Virus record (IMG/VR): IMGVR_UViG_2547132519_000001
Span: 1 to 64,000 of that record
Strand: one strand, 5' to 3'
Length of the DNA stretch: 64,000 nt
Origin: a virus
Lineage: Duplodnaviria > Caudoviricetes
Part shown: positions 1 to 10,528 of the stretch, in pieces
How positions within the stretch are numbered: position 1 is the stretch's first letter
How the letters are laid out: every line of letters begins with the position of its first letter
The notes under the pieces: generated by a model
What the model was told of the DNA's origin: nothing
The model's database searches: none
The model's input: only the letters and a program-made list of their open reading frames with translations
Translations under genes and position numbers: made by a program

Positions 1-11
1 GGAGTTATAAT

Positions 12-323
12 ATGGGGAGTTTTGGTATAGGTATTAATGTTAAGGATATAGATAGTGGTCAGATAAAAGGGAAAATGTATAATGTTGCCTGTAAGACTTG
101 GTTCACTTCTAATTGCAATCCAATACCTTTAAGCTTTAAATATGAAGCCGAAGATGGGACAATTCAAAGTGTTGTAAAATTATCGGTCAAAACTACAGAA
201 GATAAGAGGTATGCAGGAGTTGCTACAAAAGAATATAAATGTGAAACCATTATTGAAGGAAAATGTCATAATTTTAAACTCATATTCTATTTAGAGGCTT
301 GTAAATGGGTTTTGGTGTTATAA
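12..323 (+). CDS. Hypothetical protein (103 aa)
   Basis: ORF with GGAG RBS, followed by a terminator. Confidence 0.7.
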   Translation: MGSFGIGINVKDIDSGQIKGKMYNVACKTWFTSNCNPIPLSFKYEAEDGTIQSVVKLSVKTTEDKRYAGVATKEYKCETIIEGKCHNFKLIFYLEACKWVLVL

Positions 324-377
324 TGCTAATTAGTATAATTCTGCATGTAGGCATGGGGAAATAAGTGGTAGCAATTA

Positions 378-413
378 GAAACAAGCCGCATGGAGGTATA
401 CGGCTTGTTTTTT
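378..413 (+). terminator. Intrinsic terminator (probably bidirectional)
   Basis: AAACAAGCCG...CGGCTTGTTTTT between convergent genes. Confidence 0.75.
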
Positions 414-440
414 ATATAATTAAGATGACAGATTAAACAC

Positions 441-947
441 TTAATATTTTATGGAGTTAACTGTATCTCCAATCTTTAAATCTATATCTCCACATTTTAC
501 GTTTAATTGCAAACTATAATCGAGTGTTCCATTTTTAGCACATATAAATATATCTTTTAAATATATAGTGTATTCCATATCTTTTTCAGGCAAGAACAGT
601 GGTAGATCGCGAAATGATTTGCAAGAATTCAGATCAAGTTCTATATGATCTCTATAGCTCTTGTATATTATATTAAAGTACACCGTCTGATTCTTTATAT
701 GTGCATCGAATCTAAAATCCTCCATTTGAGGGATTCGAGTACTAGAGAAGTTATTTTTCTCGATATCAAAATATATATCATCATATTTTACTTCGATGTG
801 TGGTGCTACCTCTAGCAAAATGTAATGCTTATCGTTCCTGTCAAAGGATATTACTATCTCATTTTTTACTTTCATAAGCGGCCGAACCTCCATTTTAATA
901 ATAATAATGGTCTCCAAAAAACACTTTATAATGCATAATAAAAACAA
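441..947 (-). CDS. Hypothetical protein (true start probably downstream, e.g. MKVKNE)
   Basis: 168-aa ORF; GGAGG lies inside the annotated N-terminus. Confidence 0.6.
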   Translation of the reverse strand: MFLLCIIKCFLETIIIIKMEVRPLMKVKNEIVISFDRNDKHYILLEVAPHIEVKYDDIYFDIEKNNFSSTRIPQMEDFRFDAHIKNQTVYFNIIYKSYRDHIELDLNSCKSFRDLPLFLPEKDMEYTIYLKDIFICAKNGTLDYSLQLNVKCGDIDLKIGDTVNSIKY

Positions 948-983
948 TTTATCACAACACTAATTAAAAAAGGAGGCTATATT

Positions 984-1760
984 ATGGCGATAGCGCATAA
1001 AAGTGCAATAAGTGTTGGTATGCTATACATTCCTGTGGGATTATATAAAACCACCAAAGATATATCTGTGAGTTTTAATCAACTTTGTAAAGATACTCAC
1101 GAGCGTGTTAAATATAAGAAAATTTGTCCATCGTGTAACAAAGAAGTTAGCAGTGAAGATATCATTAAGGGATATGAATATGAAACTGGAAAATATGTCA
1201 CCTTTACTGAAGACGAACTAGAAAAAATTAAAACTAAGAAAGATAAAACAATACACATTGAACATTTTGCAAAGATGACAGATGTAGATCAGATTTATTA
1301 TGAAAAGAATTACTACATTGTGCCAGAGCCAGGAGCTGAAAAAGCATGTGAATTATTAAGGCAAGCTATGTTATTGCAAAAAAAGGTGGGTATAGCAAAA
1401 ACCGTAATTGGTACTACCGAAAAACTAATGGTTTTATATCCAACTAAAGATGGGATTATTGCCAAGACACTATTTTACCAAGCAGAGATACAGGCCTTAC
1501 CAGTTGCAGTAGCAAAAGCTGATGTAACTAAACCAGAAGTGGATATGGCAAAAACTATGATCGATACTATGACTGAGACTTTTGATCCTTCTATCTATCA
1601 CGATAATTACCAAGGACGAGTACGTCAGGCAGTCGAAAGTAAAATTGCAGGTAAAGAAATGGTAAGCGCTGATACTGGAGTGCAAAATAATATCATTGAC
1701 ATTATGGAAGCAATGACGAAAACCGTTGAAATGGTAAAAGGAAATAAAGGACTAGCATAA
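984..1760 (+). CDS. ku: Ku protein (NHEJ DNA-end binding)
   Basis: Prokaryotic Ku motifs: ISVGMLYIPVGLY, FNQLCKD...RVKYKKICP, IIKGYEYE..KYV; AGGAGG RBS. Confidence 0.92.
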   Translation: MAIAHKSAISVGMLYIPVGLYKTTKDISVSFNQLCKDTHERVKYKKICPSCNKEVSSEDIIKGYEYETGKYVTFTEDELEKIKTKKDKTIHIEHFAKMTDVDQIYYEKNYYIVPEPGAEKACELLRQAMLLQKKVGIAKTVIGTTEKLMVLYPTKDGIIAKTLFYQAEIQALPVAVAKADVTKPEVDMAKTMIDTMTETFDPSIYHDNYQGRVRQAVESKIAGKEMVSADTGVQNNIIDIMEAMTKTVEMVKGNKGLA

Positions 1761-2683
1761 TGGATATATTTGATACAAAGACAATTAGCCCTATGCTAAT
1801 ATCTGAAATGCAAGATCCCTTTGACTCGCCCGATTATATTTATGAAATAAAATGGGACGGGATTAGATGTGTATCTTTTCTAAGTGATCAAACAGATATG
1901 CGCAATAAGCGAAATAAGCTTATGACACCCATTTTTCCTGAATTAGAAAACTTGCATAAGCAAGTAAAGACCAAATGTATACTTGATCATGAATTACTTG
2001 TATTGAAAAATGGAGTACCAGATTTTTATGAAGTGCAAAAGAGGTCGTTAATGACTAACTCCTTTAAGATCCAGTTAGCGGCAGATCGGTATCCTGCATG
2101 TATTATAGCATATGATATCTTATATTATAAAGATAAGGAAATAACAATGCTTCCACTTATGGAACGGAAAAAATATCTAGAAGACGTTGTACAAGAAAAT
2201 AATTTAATATCTGTATCTAGATACATTGAAAATGATGGGATTAAATTGTTTGAACTGGTAAAAGCCAAGTCACTTGAGGGGATAGTTGCTAAAAGAAAAG
2301 ATAGCTTATATTGGCAGGGCAAGAAAACAAAAGACTGGATTAAATGCAAGGTGATGTCTACTGAGGATTGTATAATTTGCGGTTATATTTTAAAGGCTAA
2401 TAATATGACAAGCCTTGTATTAGGTCAATATGACGGGGATACTCTAATATATCGGGGGCATGTGACACTGGGGGCCAGCCTCAGAATATTAAACCAGCAT
2501 AAATACAAGGTGATTGATTACTCTCCTTTCGGATATGTGCCAGAAGGCAATAATGACGCTGTATGGTTGAAACCAGAGTTGGTTTGCATTGTTGAGTCCA
2601 TGCCCACTGAAAAAGACAGTTTTCGTCAACCGGTATTCAAAGGAATTCGCGACGATAAATCAGCAATAGAATGCAAAATATAG
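1760..2683 (+). CDS. ATP-dependent DNA ligase (LigD ligase domain only)
   Basis: Motif I EIKWDGIR, EGIVAKRKDSLY, WIKCK, LKPELVC, FRQPVFKGIRDDK; TAATG coupling to ku. Confidence 0.92.
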   Translation: MDIFDTKTISPMLISEMQDPFDSPDYIYEIKWDGIRCVSFLSDQTDMRNKRNKLMTPIFPELENLHKQVKTKCILDHELLVLKNGVPDFYEVQKRSLMTNSFKIQLAADRYPACIIAYDILYYKDKEITMLPLMERKKYLEDVVQENNLISVSRYIENDGIKLFELVKAKSLEGIVAKRKDSLYWQGKKTKDWIKCKVMSTEDCIICGYILKANNMTSLVLGQYDGDTLIYRGHVTLGASLRILNQHKYKVIDYSPFGYVPEGNNDAVWLKPELVCIVESMPTEKDSFRQPVFKGIRDDKSAIECKI

Positions 2684-2831
2684 GCAATGAAATTGCTCTT
2701 ACATTGCGTAATTTCCGAATCAATAAGTTTATGTAAACCTTCATACTGATGTAAAATAAAATTACTTAGTCTGGAGGTTTTATTTTATTGCATAAAGAAG
2801 AAGGGTTAATCATCATTAGGTAATGGTTAAT

Positions 2832-4163
2832 TTATGTTTCTGAAGGTTCGTTATTGGATATTTTATTTTCATCATTTAAGCATTTGCAATTACAACAAAA
2901 CATTTTTTGTAAAAATTCAGCTTTTGTTAATATATCAATTTTTGAGCTGTTAATTACATCTTGGGCTAAATCTTGAACTAGCCTTTCTCTATCATTCAAT
3001 AGCTCTATCTGGTTATTTTCTAATTGTTTTAATCTAATATCTTCATCTCTAGTTTTTAGTAAATAATCTTCTAAAGCAGGATTGTTCCCTAATACGGTCT
3101 CTGCAACAATACCATTTGCACCCATAGTAATTGTATCTGCACTTAATATATATCCAGGTACAGTTATAGTTTCTTGACTGCCATCCGGATTTACATGTAT
3201 ATAATCCGTGTTAGTTTTAAGGAATCTCCGATAAATACCATTAGGCAAAACAACAATTTCATATATTTGCTTAGATTCATTAAGATAATCATAAAAATGT
3301 AGCTGTGCTAATAAAGTATCTTTAACTTTTTCTTTTTTTTCTTCTTTTATAAAATCCTTTAGTAAATTATCTAATTGTTGTAATGAATATTCATATAGTT
3401 TACCTTTTGTGTGGTCAGAATTATCTAAATCCCAGATGCAAAGTTTAACGTCTATAAGATGTTCTATAATTAAAAAATGTTGCGTAAGTTGGTGAAAAGT
3501 AAAATTCAATGTGCAATTAATATTAGGGTTTTTAATTTTTCTTAACACGGTTTCAGAGGTATTAGTTATAACTCTTTCATTTTTCATATCAACTTTTACT
3601 ACACGACTGGCAGAGGCCGTAGATGCATGTTTTTTTATGGAATTTTTCATTTTTTCGGAAAAATTATCCCTTGACGCTTGCATACTATAATTGAATGATC
3701 CAGATCCTTTTGCGTTACCTAAACCCCAATTTGCACGTGCTTTCGCCGCACCATTCATAGTTTCTATTTCTACATTTTTGCTTTCGTCAGTTTCTTGCTC
3801 GTTAACAGTTGTTTCAAATGATTTTTTACTGTTATCGGAGTATGAATCAAGTATTGATTCATATTCTAAACTTGTTGTCATAGAAGATGATATAGTTATT
3901 TCAGTTTCTTCCCCAGGTAATAAAGTAAATGTATTTAATATTTTACCTGTTCCGAAGCCCAATGAAAATATTGATTTGTTATAAATTTCTGTTATCATAA
4001 GATTTCTTGTTGAATTATTAGGTTGCGAATTAAATATATCATTATCAACATGTTCAGTAGTATTGTCTTGTAATATTTCGATTTTGGTATTATTAGCTTC
4101 TACGAAGATATTCGGTTGCGCAACTTTTTTTAGAGGTCCTTCATATTTAATATAATTAATCAT
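2832..4163 (-). CDS. Hypothetical moron protein, Ser/Thr-rich with coiled-coil C-terminus
   Basis: 443-aa ORF with AAAGGAG RBS, outside the terminator that ends the tail operon. Confidence 0.8.
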   Translation of the reverse strand: MINYIKYEGPLKKVAQPNIFVEANNTKIEILQDNTTEHVDNDIFNSQPNNSTRNLMITEIYNKSIFSLGFGTGKILNTFTLLPGEETEITISSSMTTSLEYESILDSYSDNSKKSFETTVNEQETDESKNVEIETMNGAAKARANWGLGNAKGSGSFNYSMQASRDNFSEKMKNSIKKHASTASASRVVKVDMKNERVITNTSETVLRKIKNPNINCTLNFTFHQLTQHFLIIEHLIDVKLCIWDLDNSDHTKGKLYEYSLQQLDNLLKDFIKEEKKEKVKDTLLAQLHFYDYLNESKQIYEIVVLPNGIYRRFLKTNTDYIHVNPDGSQETITVPGYILSADTITMGANGIVAETVLGNNPALEDYLLKTRDEDIRLKQLENNQIELLNDRERLVQDLAQDVINSSKIDILTKAEFLQKMFCCNCKCLNDENKISNNEPSET

Positions 4164-4250
4164 TCTTCTTACTCCTTTCGAATAGAAATAGTATTTACGT
4201 AATTAATAAAAAAATACTTAACACCTATAATTAGAACAGAGTATCACGTA

Positions 4251-4292
4251 AAAAATAGGGAATATAAGAGTAGACCCCTCATATTCCCTAAA
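4251..4292 (-). terminator. Intrinsic terminator at end of late tail operon
   Basis: Minus strand TAGGGAATAT...ATATTCCCTA followed by T-run. Confidence 0.7.
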
Positions 4293-4298
4293 TAGTTT

Positions 4299-4445
4299 TT
4301 ATACTTCAATTCCCTTAGTAACTAAAATTTCTTTAACTTCTTTTTTGATTTTTTCAGGTACTTGTTCAAATGTCTTGTATGTAATTCCTGTCTTTAAGCT
4401 TGCTTCAATTAAGTCAGCGTATACATAAGAAATAGGTGTTGTCAT
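4299..4445 (-). CDS. Small phage tail-operon protein (48 aa, CD1375-like); not in ORF track
   Basis: MTTPISYVYADLIEASLKTGITYKTFEQVPEKIKKEVKEILVTKGIEV; TAATG overlap with upstream gene. Confidence 0.75.
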   Translation of the reverse strand: MTTPISYVYADLIEASLKTGITYKTFEQVPEKIKKEVKEILVTKGIEV

Positions 4446-4828
4446 TATTTATTTCCCTCCATTTTTTCATATAGATCAGCTATGATCTGCTGTAGTGTTA
4501 TAATTTTTTCTTCGAGTGTTATTTTGTTTTCGTATGTTTCAGTTATAACTAGTTGAGATTGTATTAATTTTGACTGTAGATCAGCAATATTCTCCCTTTC
4601 AGTGGGGATATACATTACTTCTTCCAAAGAACCATCTTCTAAAATATGATAAAAAATACCATCCTCATACTTATCTCCGATATTAGTAGCATATCTTGTG
4701 GACTCCACAGCAAATGCTTTTTCACCAAACGATGCTCTTGCTAGTAGATTTGCAAGTTCATAATTTTCGCATTCAAATCTATTTTTTACAAATCCATCGT
4801 ATATAAGTGCATATCTTAATTCATTCAT
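4445..4828 (-). CDS. Phage tail-associated hypothetical protein
   Basis: 127-aa ORF after the glycine-rich tail gene, coiled-coil C-terminus. Confidence 0.75.
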   Translation of the reverse strand: MNELRYALIYDGFVKNRFECENYELANLLARASFGEKAFAVESTRYATNIGDKYEDGIFYHILEDGSLEEVMYIPTERENIADLQSKLIQSQLVITETYENKITLEEKIITLQQIIADLYEKMEGNK

Positions 4829-4839
4829 TCAAATCTCCT

Positions 4840-6426
4840 TTACCCAATATATCTAATAATACAGATTCCAGAGCCACCAGCGCCGCTATACCTCTTTGCA
4901 CCTGAAGATTGCCGACCGCCACCGCCACCGCCACCACCGCCAGAATTAGGTGTTGCATCTTGCCCATTGTTTGAAGTGCTAGCTGTGCCTCCAGGACCTC
5001 CTCCATAATATCCTCCTTGACCACCACCACCATCATATGTTTGATGAGAACCATTCTTGGAGAATGTCCAATGACCACCGCCACCGCCACCGCCACCGCC
5101 AGAGTAAACTGTTCCGGTACCAAAGGCTTGAGTTGAAAAACCTTGTCCTCGACCACCTTCTTGTTTCCACGCCCTTACTTGATTACTATATCCATATTCA
5201 TCATGTTCGTCGCCGTCGTTGTCACGATGCTCACCGGTTTTTATAATACTGTATAACGCCGATTGCCCGCCATTATTACCATTTGATCCACCATTTGCGC
5301 CCCATGGCGTACTATATAAATGATCTCTAGTATCTGGTTCGAATCCACCACCGCCACCGCCACCGGAGCCACCATTCCCATATGTATAATATGCGCTTTC
5401 TAGTTGTTTAGGAGTTTCTTTTCCTGTTGGAGTATAATGTTTCAATATGTCTCCATATCCGCCGTAGCCTCCTTTAGCTACAATAGAGCCAAAAGATGTT
5501 GAGCTTCCATTTCGTTGAAGACTATACGAACTTCCTAAGTAACCTTCTCCTCCCAAACCTATGATTATTGGTATTTGTTGTCCTGATGTGACATTTATCG
5601 TTTGAGTAGTCGTATATCCGCCGCCACCACCAGATCCAGTAGCAGATTCGTTTGTATCCCATGAACCATCACCGCCTCCACCGCCGCCACCTACACAAAA
5701 AACTTCAACTTGGTTTATTCCATTAGGAACAGTCCATGTCGTACTTGTAGTAAAGACTTGAGTTACAAGGTTTATATATACATTTTTAGTATAACTTGAG
5801 CTACCTAACCATTCTTGCCCATTAATAGTCGCGTAACTAAAAGCTCTAAAGTAATAATTAATACTTGTACTAAATCCTCCAACTATAGCATTAGAAACTC
5901 CCCAAGCGTTTGTATTGTTACCAAAACCTTTATAAAATCTTGTTCCATCGTTTATATTTGCAGGATAGCCCCCTGTTTTTCCTACAATTATTACTCCTGA
6001 AAATGGGCCATAAGAAGGATTCTGCCAAGTAAATATAATCTGCGAAAAGGAGTAGGGGGCGCAACTAAAAGACAATATACTTTGTACGTTCATTGTTCCT
6101 GTAACTTTATTACCATTTGTCCAATATGTTTCTCCATTTAAAACATGAGTGGGTATTGCCGTACCAGAGGTCTGACTGGCTAGACTATTTGCTATTACAG
6201 TAAAATCCTGTGCATGATAGCCTTTTTTTATATAAAAAGAACCACCTGCATTCAAACTTTGATTTGCAGTGGTTCCATTGTTCGCCATTTTACCTGTTCC
6301 TATTTCATCGTCTGTGTCTGCACCGACATAAGTCTTACCGTCAAGTACGTATTCTTTTGTAACGGAAACTTCATCAGAACCGATTCCACCTCCGCCAGCA
6401 ACGTTCGTTACACCGCATTTAGCCAT
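4840..6426 (-). CDS. Glycine-rich tail fibre/receptor-binding protein
   Basis: FTTSTTWTVPNG...VFCVGGGGGGG and terminal GAGGSGICIIRY typical of glycine-rich phage tail domains. Confidence 0.8.
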   Translation of the reverse strand: MAKCGVTNVAGGGGIGSDEVSVTKEYVLDGKTYVGADTDDEIGTGKMANNGTTANQSLNAGGSFYIKKGYHAQDFTVIANSLASQTSGTAIPTHVLNGETYWTNGNKVTGTMNVQSILSFSCAPYSFSQIIFTWQNPSYGPFSGVIIVGKTGGYPANINDGTRFYKGFGNNTNAWGVSNAIVGGFSTSINYYFRAFSYATINGQEWLGSSSYTKNVYINLVTQVFTTSTTWTVPNGINQVEVFCVGGGGGGGDGSWDTNESATGSGGGGGYTTTQTINVTSGQQIPIIIGLGGEGYLGSSYSLQRNGSSTSFGSIVAKGGYGGYGDILKHYTPTGKETPKQLESAYYTYGNGGSGGGGGGGFEPDTRDHLYSTPWGANGGSNGNNGGQSALYSIIKTGEHRDNDGDEHDEYGYSNQVRAWKQEGGRGQGFSTQAFGTGTVYSGGGGGGGGGHWTFSKNGSHQTYDGGGGQGGYYGGGPGGTASTSNNGQDATPNSGGGGGGGGGRQSSGAKRYSGAGGSGICIIRYIG

Positions 6427-7063
6427 CTTTTCTCACCACCTCGATTTCTCTTATCACTAAGTCACTTTTTGGTCGCTTGTTTGCTTTTAAGACCACATTT
6501 CCAGCACCGGTATTTTCCTTTACTACGATAAAGGCTTTAGCTGCAAACAACATACTATCAGAGCCAAAATAGACATTTATCCTATCGTTCTCCAATATTT
6601 TGTCTGAGGAATATGTAAATGTTAAATTCTCATCCCATTCACTAACTGGTATCTCAATATCGGTTGCAATGGTCACTCCGGTTAAATAGTCTGTTTTTAG
6701 GGCAGAGTATGCATTTGTTCTTTTATCTTCACCTGTTGCCGAATCATTAATGCCGACAGTATTCTGAGCAACGGTATGTACCATTGTGTCTACTTCTTCC
6801 ATAAAAAACTTCTGTGTTGCTTTGACTCCGTCTAAAAGTACATTGAACTTTTCAGCATTAAATAATGATTTCATTAAGTTGGGGTATTGCTCTTTTATCT
6901 CAATCATTTTATCTGTATCATTATTAAGCCAAGCCTCATTATATTGATCAATAATGGGACGGAGAGTAGAAGTAGCATCTTGCATATTTGGGAGGTCGCA
7001 TATTGCTTCTGGGAATTTACTATGTGGGTATTCTGGATAACTCATGACATCAACTCCTTTCAT
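6419..7063 (-). CDS. Phage tail/baseplate hypothetical protein
   Basis: 214-aa ORF coupled within the tail operon (true start probably MSYPEY). Confidence 0.7.
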   Translation of the reverse strand: MKGVDVMSYPEYPHSKFPEAICDLPNMQDATSTLRPIIDQYNEAWLNNDTDKMIEIKEQYPNLMKSLFNAEKFNVLLDGVKATQKFFMEEVDTMVHTVAQNTVGINDSATGEDKRTNAYSALKTDYLTGVTIATDIEIPVSEWDENLTFTYSSDKILENDRINVYFGSDSMLFAAKAFIVVKENTGAGNVVLKANKRPKSDLVIREIEVVRKDG

Positions 7064-8545
7064 TTATTTTCGATTGTAAACATAAGAAAAACTCTCTAAG
7101 AATTTATAGAGAGTTACTGACATAGTTCCATTACCTGTTGACCAACTTAAATTTTTTACAATATATTGGTTGGTTAAATTGTTGTACTTTGGAGTGAATT
7201 CTATTTTTGTGTTAACTTCCAACCAAGGTACTACCAATGTAGTTAAGTTTATAGTATCCATCATAGCTGTCGATTTGTAAGTAAGGTATTCAGCCTGATT
7301 ATAACAGGCGGCATTATCACTTAAACTGGAATAATCTAATGATTGAGATATCTCATAGCCTAGATTGGTCGTTGAAAATGGGCAATCTGGAGATTCCTCT
7401 ACGTATCTTCCATAGCACTGGAATTGACCTAACAGGAACAAGGCAGTTTGGTCAGGTGTAAGACGTCGGTAACGGAAGACGTAAATATTATCCTTCTTTA
7501 GTACCCCTTGTTTTAATGGATTCCCATCACCGTCATAAATAGGAATGGCGGAAGAGAAGTTGTTGATTGTAAATTTTGGAGCAACAAGATTGTCGCCATT
7601 TACCTTGAATGCAAGTTGTGTTAAATTATCTATACTATCCCAAGACGTATACATATCAAAAGTTATACGATATGTGTTATCAATATATGTAGAGGTTTCG
7701 GCGTAACGGTCATCACTTTCTAATTCTAATACTTTTCCCCATATTTCTGTAACATTGTAGATACCATCAAATTTAGTATCTGCACTTTCGCTAACGACAA
7801 TATCTTGCATAACCGTATCGTTTAAAATGACTGGGTCTTCTAAGCAGGTGGGAATTTGACGCCAGATAAAGGTTCCGTCTGCATCAAAATAAAATTCCCA
7901 GGAATCATATAGATCCCGGATTTTTGTCCAGATGTCAGCATATGTACTTCCCGTTTCAAAGGTTAGATCATAAGGGATTGGTTTACCAATGTCTTCTACA
8001 ATATATCTGTCTATATCTGCATCTTTAAGTATTGCAATGACAGAAGACCGGATATCCTCCCCGGCTGGTATGGTGAGATTCTTGATCGCGTAGTCTGGAG
8101 AATTATTAGAGGAGCCATAACCATGAATTTGTCCATTTAGAGTACCATCATATAGAGCCATAAGGTCAGCACATGCAACAGATAGCTTCTTTTCGGTACT
8201 GGAAAATGTATACTTCATACTGACATAGCAAAACACCCCTAGTTGATACCAAATAATTTCCTTTGTTCTAATAGATTTTATACCGTAGAAAACTCTAATA
8301 CGTTTATCCAGCCATATCTTTTTATCTTTCCCTATAATAAAGGAAGAGCTTAAAACAATAAGATCAAAATTATAGCTTCGACGCTGTATTGATTCATTAT
8401 CTTGGCTGTAATTATCATTTATAATTTGGCCGTCAAGAGAGTCTAATATTTTCATATTAGAATTCAAAAGCTCCACTTTTAAATATATCTCCTGAGTGCC
8501 CTGTCTTAATAGTGATAAGTCAGTCTGTGATATTTCGCGTTCCAT
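7064..8545 (-). CDS. Minor tail/baseplate hub-like protein
   Basis: WEFYFDADGTFIW motif and position downstream of tape measure. Confidence 0.7.
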   Translation of the reverse strand: MEREISQTDLSLLRQGTQEIYLKVELLNSNMKILDSLDGQIINDNYSQDNESIQRRSYNFDLIVLSSSFIIGKDKKIWLDKRIRVFYGIKSIRTKEIIWYQLGVFCYVSMKYTFSSTEKKLSVACADLMALYDGTLNGQIHGYGSSNNSPDYAIKNLTIPAGEDIRSSVIAILKDADIDRYIVEDIGKPIPYDLTFETGSTYADIWTKIRDLYDSWEFYFDADGTFIWRQIPTCLEDPVILNDTVMQDIVVSESADTKFDGIYNVTEIWGKVLELESDDRYAETSTYIDNTYRITFDMYTSWDSIDNLTQLAFKVNGDNLVAPKFTINNFSSAIPIYDGDGNPLKQGVLKKDNIYVFRYRRLTPDQTALFLLGQFQCYGRYVEESPDCPFSTTNLGYEISQSLDYSSLSDNAACYNQAEYLTYKSTAMMDTINLTTLVVPWLEVNTKIEFTPKYNNLTNQYIVKNLSWSTGNGTMSVTLYKFLESFSYVYNRK

Positions 8546-8551
8546 ACCTAC

Positions 8552-9445
8552 CTACCTATCTAAATCAGTATCTATAAAACCATTATCAAATAAATCGCCA
8601 TTACTATATGCATCTCCACATTCAGCAACGCTAAATTTAGTTGTAACATGTTCATAATAATCTGATTCTTCACTTATTTCATTACTAGTCACGCCTACCA
8701 TATACATATTTCCTAAAAAGTCTTTTAAGATTTTTGTGTTTCCATTTGTTAAGAAGTCGTATACGGTATTACGGTATTTCCATGATGTGTTTTTTTGCCA
8801 TAAGCCATTTTTTAATTCGATAAAGGTACATGAGATATCACCAGTAAAATAATTTATTTTACCACCTTTTATAATTACAGGTTTAGCTCTACCCTGTAAT
8901 TCTACTAATGATGTTCTATGTATCATTTTTCTATTAAATGTGGTATCTAAAATCATAGGATATGAGATATCTTTTTCACAAATAAAGTAAGAGTCAAACT
9001 TTGACTCTACCTCATTTATAATGTAATCTCCCTCGCCTCCTGAAATAATTGGCACATAAGCATATTCGATTATACCGATAGGCTCAAAATAATCCATGAT
9101 TTCTATTGCAAAATCACCATTACTGATAATCTGCTTTTCAAATATTGTTCTGAATTTAGCTTCGTTTTTCAATCTTCGTTTTATACGAACGGATTCAACA
9201 ATACTCTCGGTGAAATTAACATTACCTCCGTATAGATTATTTTGGAATAATGCATGTAATCTTGTTTCAAATTCCCACCTAGATGGAATAGTACCATCAA
9301 AATTATTTACCTCAATCAAATCGTTTGAAGAATATATTTCATCGAAGATAGCATTTTCAATACTCAGAATTTCCACTTCTTGTGGTAACACGGGCGAAGA
9401 TGATAATGCACCAATGCTCCCGGAAAAACAACCTCCTATAAACAT
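8552..9445 (-). CDS. Distal tail/baseplate protein (putative)
   Basis: 297-aa ORF, FLTNGNTKILKD motif, tail-operon synteny. Confidence 0.65.
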   Translation of the reverse strand: MFIGGCFSGSIGALSSSPVLPQEVEILSIENAIFDEIYSSNDLIEVNNFDGTIPSRWEFETRLHALFQNNLYGGNVNFTESIVESVRIKRRLKNEAKFRTIFEKQIISNGDFAIEIMDYFEPIGIIEYAYVPIISGGEGDYIINEVESKFDSYFICEKDISYPMILDTTFNRKMIHRTSLVELQGRAKPVIIKGGKINYFTGDISCTFIELKNGLWQKNTSWKYRNTVYDFLTNGNTKILKDFLGNMYMVGVTSNEISEESDYYEHVTTKFSVAECGDAYSNGDLFDNGFIDTDLDR

Positions 9446-9456
9446 TTATTATCACC

Positions 9457-10518
9457 TCACTTTTTATTTACATATATAACTTTTAAATCATAGTAACTAC
9501 CTATACGATTTACACATAAGGCAAACTGTTGAGCTTCATTATTTGGCAAATCTATGTAATTACTAAAAAGTACATAGTTAAATCCGCTTGAGATTGCATT
9601 TAATTCAAAAAATGCTTTTTCTCCATTAGAATCTGAAAAGCTGCCTTTGCGATAGAAGATATCTACGTTGAAGTTCTTCCCATCTTCTAGGTGTATGATT
9701 CTATTATTTTGTTTAGGCTCATAAAAAACAAATACTTTAGTAAAGTTTCCCTCTGTTTTAAAACCTACATCATAAGTGACTTTATTATCTCTTAAATCTA
9801 CGTACTCATTATCAATATATATAACATCTTTTTCTGGAATGCCAACTGAAGATACGATGTTGCTTTTTATCTCAATACAACCATGTTCAGATTTGTTGTT
9901 TAACTCAAGAGGACTAAAGATTTGAGCGATTTGATAGGAGACGGTTAATAATATATAACCTGTGTCTAAAATCTTGTTGTGTAATGTCTTTCCCGTAGCT
10001 CTTAAATAATATTGCTTTGCATTTTCGAGACCAGTAATCGTATATGACATATCTGAGGTATCATATATATTTCCAGATGATTGTAATTCTGTTTTTTGGT
10101 AGGTATATAGTGTTATACGAAATGAGTTTAGAGGTTCATCTTCCGCTTGGTAGTAATTTAGTCCTACTCTACAAGCAGAAGATTTGAGAATATCACTTTC
10201 CTCCACAGATATTCTGAATGTGGGAGTTGAAAGACAGTAAAAGGGGGTACCAATACCCTGTATACTTGATTCTATATCATTAACGTCAAAAACTGTTATA
10301 TAAGCTATATAATATCCGCCATTCTCCAAACCAGAATTTGACGGAATAACAAAAGATTGTTTCATCGAATCATTAATATGGTCATATATAGTTTCACCAG
10401 ATGCATTATCCTTTACAATGCATCGAACTTTATAAACCTGATTGCCTTGCCATGTAAATTTGATTTCTGTTCCAATAGTCGAATCAAATGGTTCTATGGG
10501 GTGTATTATCGCATACAT
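9457..10518 (-). CDS. Tail protein with fibronectin III/Ig-like segments
   Basis: YTITGLENAKQYYLRAT FN3-like strand pattern; synteny. Confidence 0.65.
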   Translation of the reverse strand: MYAIIHPIEPFDSTIGTEIKFTWQGNQVYKVRCIVKDNASGETIYDHINDSMKQSFVIPSNSGLENGGYYIAYITVFDVNDIESSIQGIGTPFYCLSTPTFRISVEESDILKSSACRVGLNYYQAEDEPLNSFRITLYTYQKTELQSSGNIYDTSDMSYTITGLENAKQYYLRATGKTLHNKILDTGYILLTVSYQIAQIFSPLELNNKSEHGCIEIKSNIVSSVGIPEKDVIYIDNEYVDLRDNKVTYDVGFKTEGNFTKVFVFYEPKQNNRIIHLEDGKNFNVDIFYRKGSFSDSNGEKAFFELNAISSGFNYVLFSNYIDLPNNEAQQFALCVNRIGSYYDLKVIYVNKK

Positions 10519-10528
10519 TTATATCTCC

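Noticed and set aside
4821-5246. Alternative-frame ORFs with AVAVAV or HRHRHR repeats
   Set aside because: Shadows of poly-Gly GGN codons in the glycine-rich tail gene
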